Below, piece after piece: positions 63,319-64,000 of a stretch of DNA of 64,000 nt. This stretch comes from Lama glama. Taxonomy: Eukaryota. The position numbers and the translations under genes were made by a program. The notes beneath the pieces are model-generated. The model was not told where the DNA came from. It was given only the letters and a program-made list of their open reading frames with translations, and ran no database searches. Each line of letters opens with the position of its first letter. Position 1 is the stretch's first letter. The stretch spans positions 11,286,001 through 11,350,000 of the forward strand of contig CM052817.1 of assembly GCA_028534125.1 (NCBI GenBank). The letters run 5' to 3'.

Positions 63319-64000
63319 GTTACCCTTGTATGAAAATTAGAAAAAGTCTGATGTCTTGTAGAACTCTTCCTGCTGGGTGATTCCATGTCCCTTTGGCCTG
63401 TATTGAAGCATTAAGACGGCATGTGTCAGTGCTCCGCAGGCTGTCTGCATCAGTCCCGGCGTGAATCAGAGTCTGAGGTGGGCCAGCACCCTGCTTTTCA
63501 ACCAGCCTTCCCAGGTGATGCCTTAAAATCATGGAGTTACGGGCAAGTTTTAAGTGTAACTAGCTGGGGGCTTGCATTTGACAAGGTTTTAACTTAGATG
63601 TGGCAGATCCCACACAGATAAAAACATCTCGGAACACATTTTACAACACCTTAAGGGTAAAATGAAGTACCACAAACTGGCTAGAAAGGAGCTTACTTCC
63701 AGGAAAGACCAGTATAATGAACCAAGGTATCCAGCATCCGAGTTCAACAGGTACCATTTTGATAATTTTGTGATTCTGACACTAAAAACATTTTGGTAAT
63801 GCTACCTGCATGGGTAGTTTTTTTTCCTAAAATATCTGCGTATGAGAGCCCTACTTTGCTTATGTTGTTTCCTGGGCTACAAAGATGTTCACATTTACAT
63901 ATTAATCATGGAGTTTTCTGTTTTTGGCATAACAAAATATTTATTGTAGATAATAAAAAAACTAGTGGGAAAAGATGTGACAGGAAGCCCACTACATACT

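Overview
Mammalian genomic DNA, most likely a camelid, judging by tRNA-Ala-derived SINEs of the camelid type and cetartiodactyl-type L1 3' tails. It covers the FAM184B-DCAF16-NCAPG part of the NCAPG/LCORL body-size locus. (1) FAM184B lies on the minus strand: coding exon 1 at 20723-20869 in a CpG island, with 1-20722 being its repeat-rich intron 1. (2) DCAF16 lies on the minus strand: an intact single-exon 216-aa CDS at 37323-37973 with a predicted spliced, uORF-rich 5' leader. (3) NCAPG lies on the plus strand, head-to-head with DCAF16 across a CpG-island promoter with CDE/CHR, E2F-like, NRF1 and ETS motifs. Twelve NCAPG coding exons are visible; about 400 codons are missing at a 500-N assembly gap. 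The rest is L1, L2, MaLR/ERV solo LTRs, hAT/Tigger fossils and SINEs. I see no convincing novel multi-gene system. The best leads are a predicted 39-aa uORF spliced across three DCAF16 exons, a DCAF16 splice acceptor at the ORF2 start of an antisense L1 fossil, a perfect 89-bp duplication whose junction creates a poly(A) signal, a GC-AG intron and a tandem donor in NCAPG, a SINE-L1 chimeric insertion, and a 111-bp L1 insertion with a twin-priming inversion. Repeat family names and NCAPG exon numbers come from recalled consensus or human structures, not from searches.
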